Of a stretch of 64,000 bases of DNA, positions 37,101-49,090 are shown in pieces (positions within the stretch are counted from its first letter, which is position 1; the number at the start of each line of letters is the position of its first letter). This stretch comes from Pavona decussata (Eukaryota): NCBI GenBank assembly GCA_977016875.1, contig CDRNST010000067.1, positions 3,162,001 through 3,226,000 on the forward strand. Direction: 5' to 3'. A program made the translations under genes and the position numbers. Below the pieces are notes generated by a model. That model worked only from the letters and a program-made list of their open reading frames with translations. It searched no databases and had not been told where the DNA came from.

Positions 37101-38838
37101 CTCTCCTCATTTGCCTAGGTGGATGCTTGTTACCAGAAAGCATGTTAATAAATTTATATTTATAAAGCTAATATATGTACGCACAAAAGACTGTTACTAT
37201 TACATTGTTCAGGATGATGCTAGGGAAGAAAACAAATCATTGCAAATTGTTGTTGCCTTGCAAATTCATTTGTTTATTGATTACTGTACTTATTCAAATC
37301 TGGATACAATGATGTCCATGCAGCACCAGCACTCTCCAGGCTTGGTAAGTCGCTCAAGGGAGCAATTTGAACATTTGCACCTGAGAAAATATTGAACCAA
37401 GAGGAAACTTAGCATTAATTACAAGGGAACGATCAGCTGAAATTCAAGCCATTGTACAGGGCTTTTCACTCCAATTTATATTCTTTTTCCATGGCAAAAA
37501 AGCGCAAAAACAGTAAGCTTGCTCGGAACGGAAACTTCACTGTGCACTCTAAAAACCTGAACTTGACTTCGATTTCAATTCAACTGAGTCTCCGGTAGCC
37601 TCCCTCCAGGGAATGAACTGAATAGTAGTCAACTGAAATTGTTGCGGATTCTCAGGTACTACACTTTTAAAGCTTGCCTGTTTTGTTAATACAGCAAATA
37701 ACACATCTAAATATTAATCTCTATCTCTAATATCTTACGCGAGAGATGAACGACTCAGCAAAGTCTGCTCTCCTCTTGTAGCAAAAGAGCTAGCTGCTGA
37801 ACTTATTCGGCTGCCTCTTCTTCAGACGGAACTAGCTCTACAGAGTCATGACTTCTTCATTTCCATTGCCTATATCATGTGAAGACAATCCAGGAGAGCT
37901 TTCTGTGGTCAAAACAGCTCTGACTACAGTTCTTGCCCGATCAGCGACTTGAGAGTATTACATTACGACAAAAACACAATAGGTTTGAATAAAAATACCG
38001 CAACTCCAATCACTTTCATACCGCGCGCTCACTGGAACATAAATTCATAATGGCGGACTCGAAAACACCAGTTTTCAAGGCTCAATATTTTCAATTTGCG
38101 GGGCCCAAACTTCATTTCAGTGACCAAGACAGGTACAGCCACATCAGATAAGCTGTAACGAACGTATGTTTGTTTCATACGTGACATGAAGTTTTGATCG
38201 TAGTAGCACTTTAAGAAATTACACGCAGTTCAGAACTTTGCATGCCGCATTGTGAACAATGTGCGCAAATATGATCATGTCACGCCGATCCTTAAGGAGC
38301 TCAACTGGCTCCCTGTGGCAAGCCAGCTTTATCAATGCAGTGCCACAATGGCCTTTAAGAGCTTAACAAACTGTGCCCCTGTATGCCAGTCATCTAAGTT
38401 CACCAACGTGCAGAGATCAGTGGCCATAATACCAGGAGGTCTCAAAAACTGAACATACCCCTTTTCAAAACTGTAACCAGCCAGAGAACTTTTTATTATA
38501 GAACTGTAAATTTATGGAACTCCCTAGACTGTAAGCAGCCAGAGAACTTTTTATTATAGAACTGTAAATTTATGGAACTCCCTAGAATGCTCCCTTAAAC
38601 TTTCTGAATCCGTATCAGTTTTTAAATACTGTATTAAATGTAACTCAGCAAACAACTCTATAATTCTTGAGTACAAAATTAATGCCTTACTATATCCAAC
38701 AGTAGTTTTTGAAAATAGTTTTTACATCTTTTCGATTCTGTTTTTTATTACATTGTACATTGTATCATTTTTTTAGATTAGTTCATTGTCTTTGAGAAGC
38801 CTCTTGGGGAAAGTCAATAAAGTATGTACGTATGTAGT
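34175..38838 (+). mobile_element. 5'-truncated L2/CR1-group LINE split by a TIR element (pieces 34175-34635 and 38211-38838)
   Basis: YVDDTKL...LLLNPGNTK...KDLGVTLDSNLTY...WANTCKCNI | KKLHAVQNFACRIV...DHVTPILKELNWLPV; 58-bp tandem duplication at 38471-38586; AATAAA then a (TATG)n-like tail. Confidence 0.8.
34636..38210. mobile_element. 3575-bp non-autonomous TIR transposon with TTAA TSD (Kolobok-like)
   Basis: Perfect 18-bp TIR AGTGCTACTACGATCAAA / TTTGATCGTAGTAGCACT; TTAA at 34632-34635 and 38211-38214; removing it restores the LINE reading frame. Confidence 0.9.
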
Positions 38839-40059
38839 TAACACGAAAATTTCTCCTGAAGCTCATTAAAAAAAAATTATAACAGAGAAAATAAAAAGGA
38901 AAAAAATATTTTAACCACCACCGTGAGGAGGGGGTAGGGAGGGGGAGCAGGGGCACCATTGCATATGTTATTGCCTGTCAGCTTTTAAGACCAATTGTAC
39001 CAAATCCATTCCTGTATCATGGGAAGTTGAATTTATCAAAAAGAATTAATAGAACTATAATCAACTGGTTGAAGCGAAACAGTTTTTTCATCCAAAGCTT
39101 TATACTTCAAACCGTTGATAACACAACGCCTCCTAGTGTAAATACCATTAATATTTTTGGTTGCCCTTCCCTGAAGGAGTTGAGCTTGGGCCGCCCGGGG
39201 ATGAGATATTAGAGGGGCTCGGGGATATATGCAGCGGGCTTATACACAGAATTTAACAGTGTGTCATGTTTTCTTTGTGTCAAATTTGTTAACAGTTACT
39301 TTCTATCACAGGCACAAACCTCTCGATTTCCGTTACCATCTTCCTTTCCACGGGTCACGGCATTGACAACCACTAAGCGGTGACAAACCACAAGGAGCAG
39401 CCAAAAGCCATAAATATACAATAAGATGGTCATGTCTGCCGCCCGTCAGAAATAAAGCAACGTCCAATGCCAACCCAAGGCGAGAGTCAAGGGCAGTCTT
39501 GCAGGAGACTGGTCTGGTCGGAGAAGTATCAATTAACTCCTGCTGGAAAGCGCCAAACATCAAGAAGGAGATCACCAGCTTTTTTGGCCCAAGTTTCAGC
39601 GTGGTCGACCAGGAATGACTTTCTTTTTCTTATCTAAGGTAAGCTCAGAAAGAAAAATTAATATTAAATTCCTTTCCTTTAGCCAAAACCCAACATCTTG
39701 CTTTTGATAACAGAACAGTTTTCAATTTCCCAGTTTTTATCGTGCGTGACATCAGGAGGATGGCAGTGACAGAGCTGTTTCTTGTCTTAAAAATGACTTT
39801 TTCGGAGATTTACAGCATTCTAAACAATTTAAGTAGAAGGAGAAATATTTAGCTAAACATCGGACAGTTCACAAAAGAAAACAAACCTCTCTTCTGGCAA
39901 AAAGTGAACTCAAGATGTTTTTTGTATTTCCAACCACCATGTTGGTGCCCCCCAGACACCAACACGGCATCTTCATACTGCTCAAGCTCTATAACTTTTG
40001 GGTGGAAAAATTTGTCAAATAACTTAAGTGCGGTCAATACCGTACAGACCTGAGACCTG

Positions 40060-40340
40060 AGCAGGCCCTACTCCTCGTACACAAAGGCACTCATGGTCAG
40101 ACAGCAAATTATATTCGAGAATGTTCACCTTACGAAGCAGTGAATACTGTATGGGCTCCGACGCTATTCTAAGCTGGTCCTTCCTAAACCAAACTCATCG
40201 TACATGCTCCACTCTCACTCTAATCAGGCCGCTAAACTGAGGAACAATTTACCAGACAACATAAGATCAGCAGACTCTCTTTCTGAATTTAGGCAAAAGT
40301 TAGATAGAATGCCATTGTCGTCCTCACATGACTGCAACTG
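40060..40340 (+). pseudogene. 3' fragment of a CR1/L2-group LINE
   Basis: LVLPKPNS...QAAKL.NNLPDNIRSADSLSEFR C-terminal signature. Confidence 0.55.
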
Positions 40341-43300
40341 TGTTTTCTGCAAATAGATGGAGGCACATTTCTACTCATCTATTTTCGATCGACTTGTTTA
40401 CCTACTTATTCAATTTGTATTTTTTATTTTATTTCATTAATTTTGAGCTAGTTAAGATTACACTGAGACGTTACTTTGAAGTTACATACATCCATCAACT
40501 GGTTATTGGGTTACCTTCTGTATAAAAATTGATGTATCAAAAGGCTGGCCTTACCGGTGTCCCATTGACAGAGAGTTGACAACTGCTTATATTCATCTTT
40601 ACAATGAGGGAGATTTTCTGAATAAATTGCGTTTTCTCACCGTGGAATCTTTTCTGGACATCAAGAGGAAAGACTACGCCAGTAATTGGATGTCTAAAGA
40701 AAACTTGCAGCCTCATAACATCAGTGGTGGCTGTCAGCACAAAGGTCTTGCAGTTGCATGCCCCTTGACAACCACAGTCTGTGTCTCTGATTGCCGCCTG
40801 AAAGGAGGACTGGAAACTCAAGATTGTACATACTATATATTATTGTACTATGAAAGATGCTGGAATATTTTTCAAAGCATTGTCTAATCTCATGAGTAAT
40901 GCTCTGCTTTGCTATTATCGCATTCAAGGCTAGTGCCAATTATGCGTCTTCATACCATTTTTTGGGGAAGGGCTTATTTCGTCTTGTCTATTCCATTCAA
41001 GATTATACCCGACAAGGGTATCCAGTGATTCAAAAGGCATAAATGGCCAACTGAAATCAGGTGGTCTATCTTCATTGTCTCCTGCACTTCCAACAGCAAG
41101 GAAAGTTCTCCAGCTTTCCCCAGTATGAAGTGGAAAGTTGAAAGTAACTATAGAATGCTGACGATGCCATAAGGGCAACAGAAAATAAAAGAACTGACTC
41201 TATGATGTTCATCATGGATCACTACTAAGAGCTAATTTTAAGCCAATGTTGAATAATTTTACAAAACCCGCTCAAATTTGTGCGCCAAATTTCATTCTAC
41301 CAATCACAATTTGCCCCTTGATGAAGAGGACTTTTCTTTAACTTGTCGTATTATGCTTGCGGTTGGAAATTTATTCTCCTGTAAAAGAGTGATGGCATTA
41401 AATTTCTAGCAATTTTGCACAATGGATATTTGTATTAATTTGTAAAGTCATTCAGAAGTCTGTCTGTTAATATTTTCCCTGACTGCAAAGAGATTAAAAA
41501 AAGCTCTTTTACGATTGCTATACTTAAGGGAGGTTATTCTAAATGGGTTGTGTAGGTTTGGAAATATTCCCGACCGAATAATCAACTTCTTGGTGGGGAG
41601 GGCAAAGCGAACAGCAACACTCATCGTGAGACAAGTAACATTTGAGTGGAATTCCCAAAGCAAATTATTTCATTGAGCTATTTCAGTAACAGTTTGCAAT
41701 TTGCGTTAATAAACTCATAAAGTGATTATTCGTTCAAACAGCACTCAAGAGGCTAAGGGGATCGCATGATAACATATCGCGAACAAATAATCACTTGGCT
41801 TAGAAAGAATGCCCTTGCCGACTTGCATGTCCTTTATGTGGTGTGCATGCAAACGGAAATGAAGCATAATCAGGCCAGCAACATTCCAGATTACGGCCAC
41901 CATCACGGAAACACGCCAGCAAAAACAATATAAGAACAGACCATTAACTTCTTAAGACATTCGGATTTGTTACTTTGACTGAGACAGAACTAGTAATATT
42001 GAACAAGGCTTGCTCTTTAATAATGAACACCAAGGAAAGCACCAGCATCCAAACACGTGACGCCATAATGCCTTTTGAACTCCCAGCAGTCAGTTCCGCC
42101 ACAAGCGCAACTTCTGAAGCACCAAATATCTCTTTGCCATCTGGCCCTCCCGTAACTGACCCACATCAGCTCCAGTCTCCTCGAACCTATCCAAACTTTT
42201 CTACTGCTGAACACAGCAGCACAACTCAACCAACATAAGCGCCTTATCATCCTCCTACATTCACGACGAGTTATCCTCAATACATAAATTTCCAACATGT
42301 TCCATACCACAATATGTTGCCTATGAGCTTTGGTTTCCTTTTTTACCCTTGTCCCTCAGAAGCGCAACAACCTAGCTCTACTCGTTCCCAATTGCTGGCA
42401 CCTAAACCTCCGCAGGATACACAGAACACATCTTCATGTGATCAATCGACCCTTGCACAACAATCATTGGACTTTATCGAAACAGTGCAAACAATTTGTT
42501 TGCAACTTTACCAAAAAGCCGGTTTGAATGAATTAGAAGAACTTATTGTTAAACCAGAAGTTTATACTCAGTGGTGGAAGGAGGCTATAAACTCATGGAA
42601 ACCGGTAGTCCTTTCATCTGTTGAACACTTTTATGTGGTATGTCAGTAGTCTTTAGTCATACAAGTTACAGAAATGCATGCATAGTATAGGTGCTTTCAG
42701 GTCGGTCTTCATCTTCGCCCTGAAAAGTGTGATAGTTGGGTATCTCTTGTCCGACGTGGCAAAATTCTCAAACAGATGTTTCTCCTTCGTCTTGAGACTG
42801 GGCAAAAAAGTCACACAAAGCGATTTTTTTAGATCTTTACAAGAAGTCAGAGGAACAGCAGTATCAGTTGCTGAAAGATTTAACAGACGGGACAAAGACG
42901 TTCGAAGATTTAAAAAAGGGACGAGTATGTACTGCATAGGCCCAATTTTTTTGGGTACAAAATTTACATTGTGGTCTCTAATGTGCCTTTCGATTGTCCT
43001 CTATCTTGCAGGTGGGCACAGTACACTTTATTACTATAACTGTTATTTTGCCAGATATAATATTTAAAAAAAATACTTGTAGTCATCCCGGTGCGCAGTT
43101 GTTTGGAGGGAATCAGACATAATAAACTGGTTTCTTAGCTAACATGATGGCTTCTCTAAGACAACGTGTAAAGTAACTTATCTGAGAAAACATATTCCCT
43201 GGTTTTCGACAGGAGGTAAGAATCAGCCTGGCAAGAAGAAGGCAGAAGATGATTATAAGGAGGTATGGGCACTCACTTTTATTACTTTGAAATACAAGAA

Positions 43301-45702
43301 ATAGTGATATTAAAAGAAGGATAACAGCTATCAACATATTCCCAAAAGATGCTTGTTCCACTAGATGGCGTGGGGGAGAAGCTACTTTTGTCCAGTAGCG
43401 AACACATGAACACCCCGGATAAACAGTGTCTGATAATTTATGAATCCCACTATATATGACTAGCGACAGAATCCTACCATATACATACACGGAAATTTGC
43501 TGATTGTATAGCTTTACATTTCTCATTGAATCCTTGCTTTAGTTGACGTTCCGATCTATGATTCTTAGATGACTGACGAACTGGCCAGGGTGAAGAGAAG
43601 AAATTCAGAACTACAATTTAAGCTTGAGCAAGTAGGTTCTTATTTATTTCAAACAACGTCACATTACTAAAATTCTTTTGCCATGTCATTCAGAGTTTTA
43701 CTGAACTCTGCTTAAGGGTAATTCATGTTACTTTCCTCACACGCAATTCAGTGCTTTTCTGTTTCTTTTAGTCTTTGAGGAAAGACTGATAACAGTTTTC
43801 CATTTAAGAGGAAAATTAATTAACTTAGCTGCCATTTTACTAATTTTGGATTTAAATTGGAGACAGGTTTTCTCAGATTTGGTTTGACGTGATACTGAAC
43901 CTTTGCTCCAGATAATAGAGGATCGTGATGGAGAACGGAAGAAAGTAAGCGAATTGATGAGTAATCCCGTTTCCCGAGTCAACTCTGAGCCCAAGTCACA
44001 TCCAAGTTTGAGTCAATTGACCGAGTCACTGGTCAGCGGTATACCTTTCAAACTCCCAGCCACAAGGTTTGTCTTTTGGAATGGCGAAGATGGCAAGTGG
44101 TAAGTACAATGTTTATCAAATTATGTACATCATAATGAGTTTACATAGAGCTGTAGTTGTGTTCTTTACATAAATTAATTGCTGTCGATAATTGAGAGCT
44201 TTTTTTATTTTCACTTGTGAAAAGATACAAAGGACAGGGACGGGGTTAAATGCGTAAGTTAAGTCCGTTTTCTTCTATTCTTTTCCTTGCTGTAACCAGA
44301 AAAGTTATGTAAATAATTTGTTCTTTACTCTCTACCGCTTCCTTAGTCTGTGGAAGTTTTGACCATCAACAGGTAAATAAATATGGCTTTCGTAACTTTT
44401 AAGGGAGGAACGCATCTAGGGTAAAAATTGCTCACACAAATGACGAATAATTTTAGTGTGGGAAGCTGCGACCATGCGGATAGTTATAATGACATTTTAA
44501 AAGTTTATCCTACTTTTTGTCACACTTTTGAAACGGATTTTCTATAAATTAACCCTGTATGTTTAACACAAGCGAGTTTTGTTTGCAGTGACAGTAGCGA
44601 CGAGGAGTTATCTTTTCCAGCGTGGGATCTCGAGCACGCAAAAGGATCCCCAGTGGTAAGCCATTACAAAACTTTTCATTGTAAACCCAATATTTTGGAA
44701 AAGCATTTTTCGAAGCTTTAAAGATCATTTGATCAATTAAGCTTATAACATTAAAACATTAAGCGAAACACTGTATACATCAGCCCCCCCCCCCCAAAAA
44801 AAAAAAAACACAAAAAAACTGCAGTTCACCCCAGGGTACAACTGCCTAAAGTATGTTTGAATTCCTTGCAGAGGAATTGTCTTGTTCAGTGGTTTCCACT
44901 TTTGCAAGGCCGAGACCAGTAAATGGAAAACTCTCTCCTCGTTTATTTTATAGACAGTGATATATAAATACTGGGAAAACTCTATTTTCTCTCCAATACT
45001 TACCACGCTGAGAGCTTATTCGACCTTATTTGGGTTATTACAAAGTAATTTATCGAGCTAGTCTGGGACCGATCAAGCATTCGTTGTTCATATACGCATT
45101 CGAACTTCCAAAACCAATGGTTTCCTCCATCAAGCATTCAGTGTTGCACAGAAGTCGTATCTTGTTGGACCATGAAAGAATTTGGCAAAAGAAACTTCCT
45201 ATTCAAAGGGATATCTTCGTAATACTTTTGGTATTAGTGAAAAAAAAAAACACTGACCAGTGACTTGGACTCTGAGTTGACTCGCTCAACCGGTAAACTT
45301 GCAAATTGATTGTCAAGTTGAGAAAGATTGAAAGAGAAAGACAGGAGGTAATTCGAATTTTTTAGTAAGAAATCGCTAGAACTAAACAAATTTCCGTTCT
45401 CACTCCTACAGTACCATATTAGCAACAAATGACCACCAGCAAATGCTTGCGTATTTATTATAGCAAATCAGCTGGAAAGAAATTAGGACAATTTCCATAT
45501 GATCGCAGGATAATCGTCAACCGCACCACATGTTTCCATATTGTCGCTACCTCATGTAGAGCTAGGAAAGCAAGCACACAGTGGGATAACTTGTTTGGCG
45601 GAACAGTCTCTCAACTGAAAATTGTTCACATTTTATCGGACAGGATCACTTCATAGTGATTTTGCTTGTTATTTCTACCGTGTTCCGTTTTTTTGCCCGA
45701 CA

Positions 45703-45836
45703 CAAACTAGCCAGAATCAAGGTCTTGTCACATCTTATGACCTTCGACAATATGACAATTTTTTCACTAGACGCAAACTAGCCAGAATCAAGACCCTGTC
45801 ACATCTTATGACCTTCGGCAATATGACAATTTTTTT
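45703..45836. repeat. About 71-bp tandem direct repeat, two copies
   Basis: CAAACTAGCCAGAATCAAG...TGTCACATCTTATGACCTTCG.CAATATGACAATTTTTT occurs twice. Confidence 0.85.
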
Positions 45837-48512
45837 CTTTATTTCATGTCTAGGAATTTGAACAGTATAGATCGGACGTCGGGAACCTGATAGCCGAGAA
45901 AAATGACCTATCGGTCAACTAAATGAGTTTGACAATGACGATTATTGCCGCTAAGAGTGACTTTATATAGTTTAAGTCATATTACAGACCAGGTCCATTA
46001 TTTTTGTATGCAGAGCAATTCATTCCTATACTGATGCCGTGGAATGGTTTGAGTAGTGAACATTCTTGAGAAACAATACGAAGATCAATGCTTATTCCAT
46101 GAAATTTGTGACACATTAAACGAAATGTTGAAAATGGAGCAATTGGACATGCTGTATATTCCACACATCATAGGCAGTCTTTCAGCAACGTTCACGAACG
46201 ATAAGTAACTATGGCATGAGAACTGAGACTCTTCACGATCAGAAATCCACCACTAAGGTTAAAAAATGACCTACTTCTACCGATTTTCAGAGTGTCATTT
46301 TTTTTTTGCATGTTAGGCACAAGAAGGGCTGAAAAATTCTTCTAAAAATTTCTGGCCTTTTCATACAGGAAAGACATTTTGGTGTTCATGGAAAACACAC
46401 TTGGCAGTCAAGTGACAGCGACGCCTCATCACCTCAAATTTCAAAGGTGAGCTCACAGTGCAGTTCATAATGAGCTTAGTTTAAAGGGTCCTCTACAATC
46501 TCCACCTCCAAACAATAGTATAAGTGCAAGGAAGAAGGCATAAAATATAAATGAGTACACATTTGCTTTATTGAATTCATGCTTGAATTCGCTTGACCGT
46601 AGTTTAAGAAACAGAAAATGAGGATTTAATGGATGGCAAAGCTCAGATTGTTAAACTGTCTCAAAAAGCATGAGAAAGGAGTGCAAATAACCGTGTCTTC
46701 CGCAGACCTGTTTTCCAACGATAGAGGACTGAAATATATAGGGATGCGTGATTTATTTTTAGTTCCTTTTTAGCCATCACGCATTGCTTTATTCAAAGAG
46801 GTTGATCGGCAATGTCTGATGAACTGAAAATGCTTTGAGATTCTGCAACAACACTTTATTAAAAACAGAGAGTTAAAAGTTAGGTATATACCCTCTTCTC
46901 CTCTGCAGAGGTTTCTTTTCATTCTTTTGAGCTGCATGGGGCCTGGAGAAGGGAAAAGGAAAGTGCGCAAAGGCTGGGGAGAAGGAAAAGGAAAGCGCGC
47001 GGGGAACACTGGAAAAAGGAAAAGGAAAGGAGAGAGACCTCTGCTATATTTTGTGCGGTTCTCTGGTATGATTTGCAGTTCTGTGGTCATTGCCAAATCA
47101 GACAATGAACTAGAAGATTTCGAACACTGTTTCCAAGAGCTTAGGTATTGAAGGTATGTCTGCCAAATTTGAAGTATTACTTTGGTCGTTTGGTGGGTTT
47201 TCTGCAATTCGCCGTTTTGGCGTTATAATCCACCATTTTGAATTTAAGTTGACAATTCTTCTCGCCAATTTACCGGCTTTTTCTTCTTCTCTGTTCCCAC
47301 AAACGTTACCTCTCAAGGTGAGACTGAATTCTATCCAACTACAAGCACTCTGGTGAAGAATAAAACTGATGGATATGGAGGAAAACATTCACTTATGCCA
47401 ACTTCAAAGTTGGAGATCGAACCAAGCAGAAAGAGACTACAAAGTTCAGCTGAAGGACTTGACAGCTCCGTTGCAGGTAAAATCGAGTCTGATTACGTTT
47501 TTAAGGATGACAAGTAACTTGTCTATTATCGGTAGAACTTAGTTGCCTCGGTAAAGATCGCTTTTGTAAATGTGTTGGAGGTGACAAAATTGCTCATTAC
47601 AGCTTACACACGTGTATTCACAACAAAGTCTATTGTTTTGAAGTGATTACATGGAGTTATAGATTGTTAAATCCATCTACAGACTTGTTGTTTCCTCAGA
47701 ATTAAGTAATGTGCATTTCGCTAATCTGTAGACTATTTCTAGCTTGAAAAATAACAGTATATAATTTTGCTTTACAATCAAACCCTCCAGCTCAGTTAAA
47801 CCTTGCATGAAAAAGGTTGTTGTTAGCATATTTTGTTATTTGAGATTCTTAAATTTTTGCCCTTCTTTACATGGCATTTAATTTTAATGTAGGCTTAACT
47901 GCAAAATACCCTGCCCCTTCCGCAAGGTACTGTGTAGCTGGGTACACGCCAGCTCCTAGGTATCTTCCAGTCTTGAATTAATTACTCAAGTGTACTGTGT
48001 ACTGCATAGCCAGCTTATAAGACAACCTAGGACCACTTTATATTTCTTTCCCATAAACTGTGTACCAGGTAGCCACAGTTTTTCAGTAACAAAGTCAAGG
48101 TGGCAGGGTATTCTGCAATTATTCGTAATGTACTTTTTTGTTCTTATATCCTTCATTGAGTGTTTCTAAAGACATGTAAATAAGTGGATAGGTAATCATC
48201 CAAAAAAAAGGTCATGGCAATGTTTTGCAATTGAATTGAAAGCTACATGCAAAAATGCAGCTTATTTAGACCCACCCCACCCCCCCCAAAAAACCAACAA
48301 ACAAACAACAATTTACACTTGTCTGAGATACTTTGCTTCAGTTATTCAAATTTTTGCCAGGTGGGGAGGAGAATCATAGTTTCATAAATGTATTGTCCCT
48401 CTGTGTTTATAGAAACATAGTTGAGTATGTTTCCTCAGACTTGAGATAGCACAATTCCACTGTAATTATATTTCTTAACAAAATATCCCAGAGTGTTTTT
48501 CTCAAATCTAAC

Positions 48513-49048
48513 TGTAGGCGCGAAAATTTAGATTTTGTTTTGTATGTCGGCGTAACGTATTTCTATAGGTCATTAGCGTTCTTGTTTTTCGTTCCTCGTT
48601 TATTAGTTTTCTCACTCCGTTGCCCTTTGAACTTAGTTTCTCGTTCATTAGTCTTCTTTGTTTTCTTAGGTTGTTTTCGTACTCGCTAGTTTTATTTTGC
48701 ATAATGCTATATATATATATATATATATAGGTTACTTGTTAGTTTGGTTTTGCTGCTCATATTGCGTAAGTCGTTCTAGTTCTAGTTAAGTTCGGTTTTG
48801 TTCTAAGTCTAGCCTTTAAGTCAAGTTCCAAGTTCTAAGTGTTTTTCTTGTCATCACATTTGTCTTGTAAGTATTCGTCATTTATTTCACTTGTCGTTTT
48901 CTATTCACATTGTCACTGTCATTTTCATTGTTAATTTATTTACGTCTGTTATTTTATGTTATTTGCAGTTACCTTACCTTATGTTTCGTACTTCCTTTGT
49001 TTCATAAAATGTTTGGTTTGTGTACGAGTTAACGCGTTTGCGACGACA
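48513..49048 (+). repeat. 5' LTR (536 bp)
   Basis: TGTAGG...GCGACGACA; matches 55281-55797 with scattered differences and a longer (TA)n. Confidence 0.95.
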
Positions 49049-49090
49049 TTCATAAAAGACGAATATTGTTTGCCGTCGGTGTCCATTGCC

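Noticed and set aside
48508-48512. BEL TSD CTAAC resembles the telomeric core of the array junctions
   Set aside because: It is a single 5-mer with no flanking TAACCC repeats or GTAGG motif clusters; chance is sufficient.
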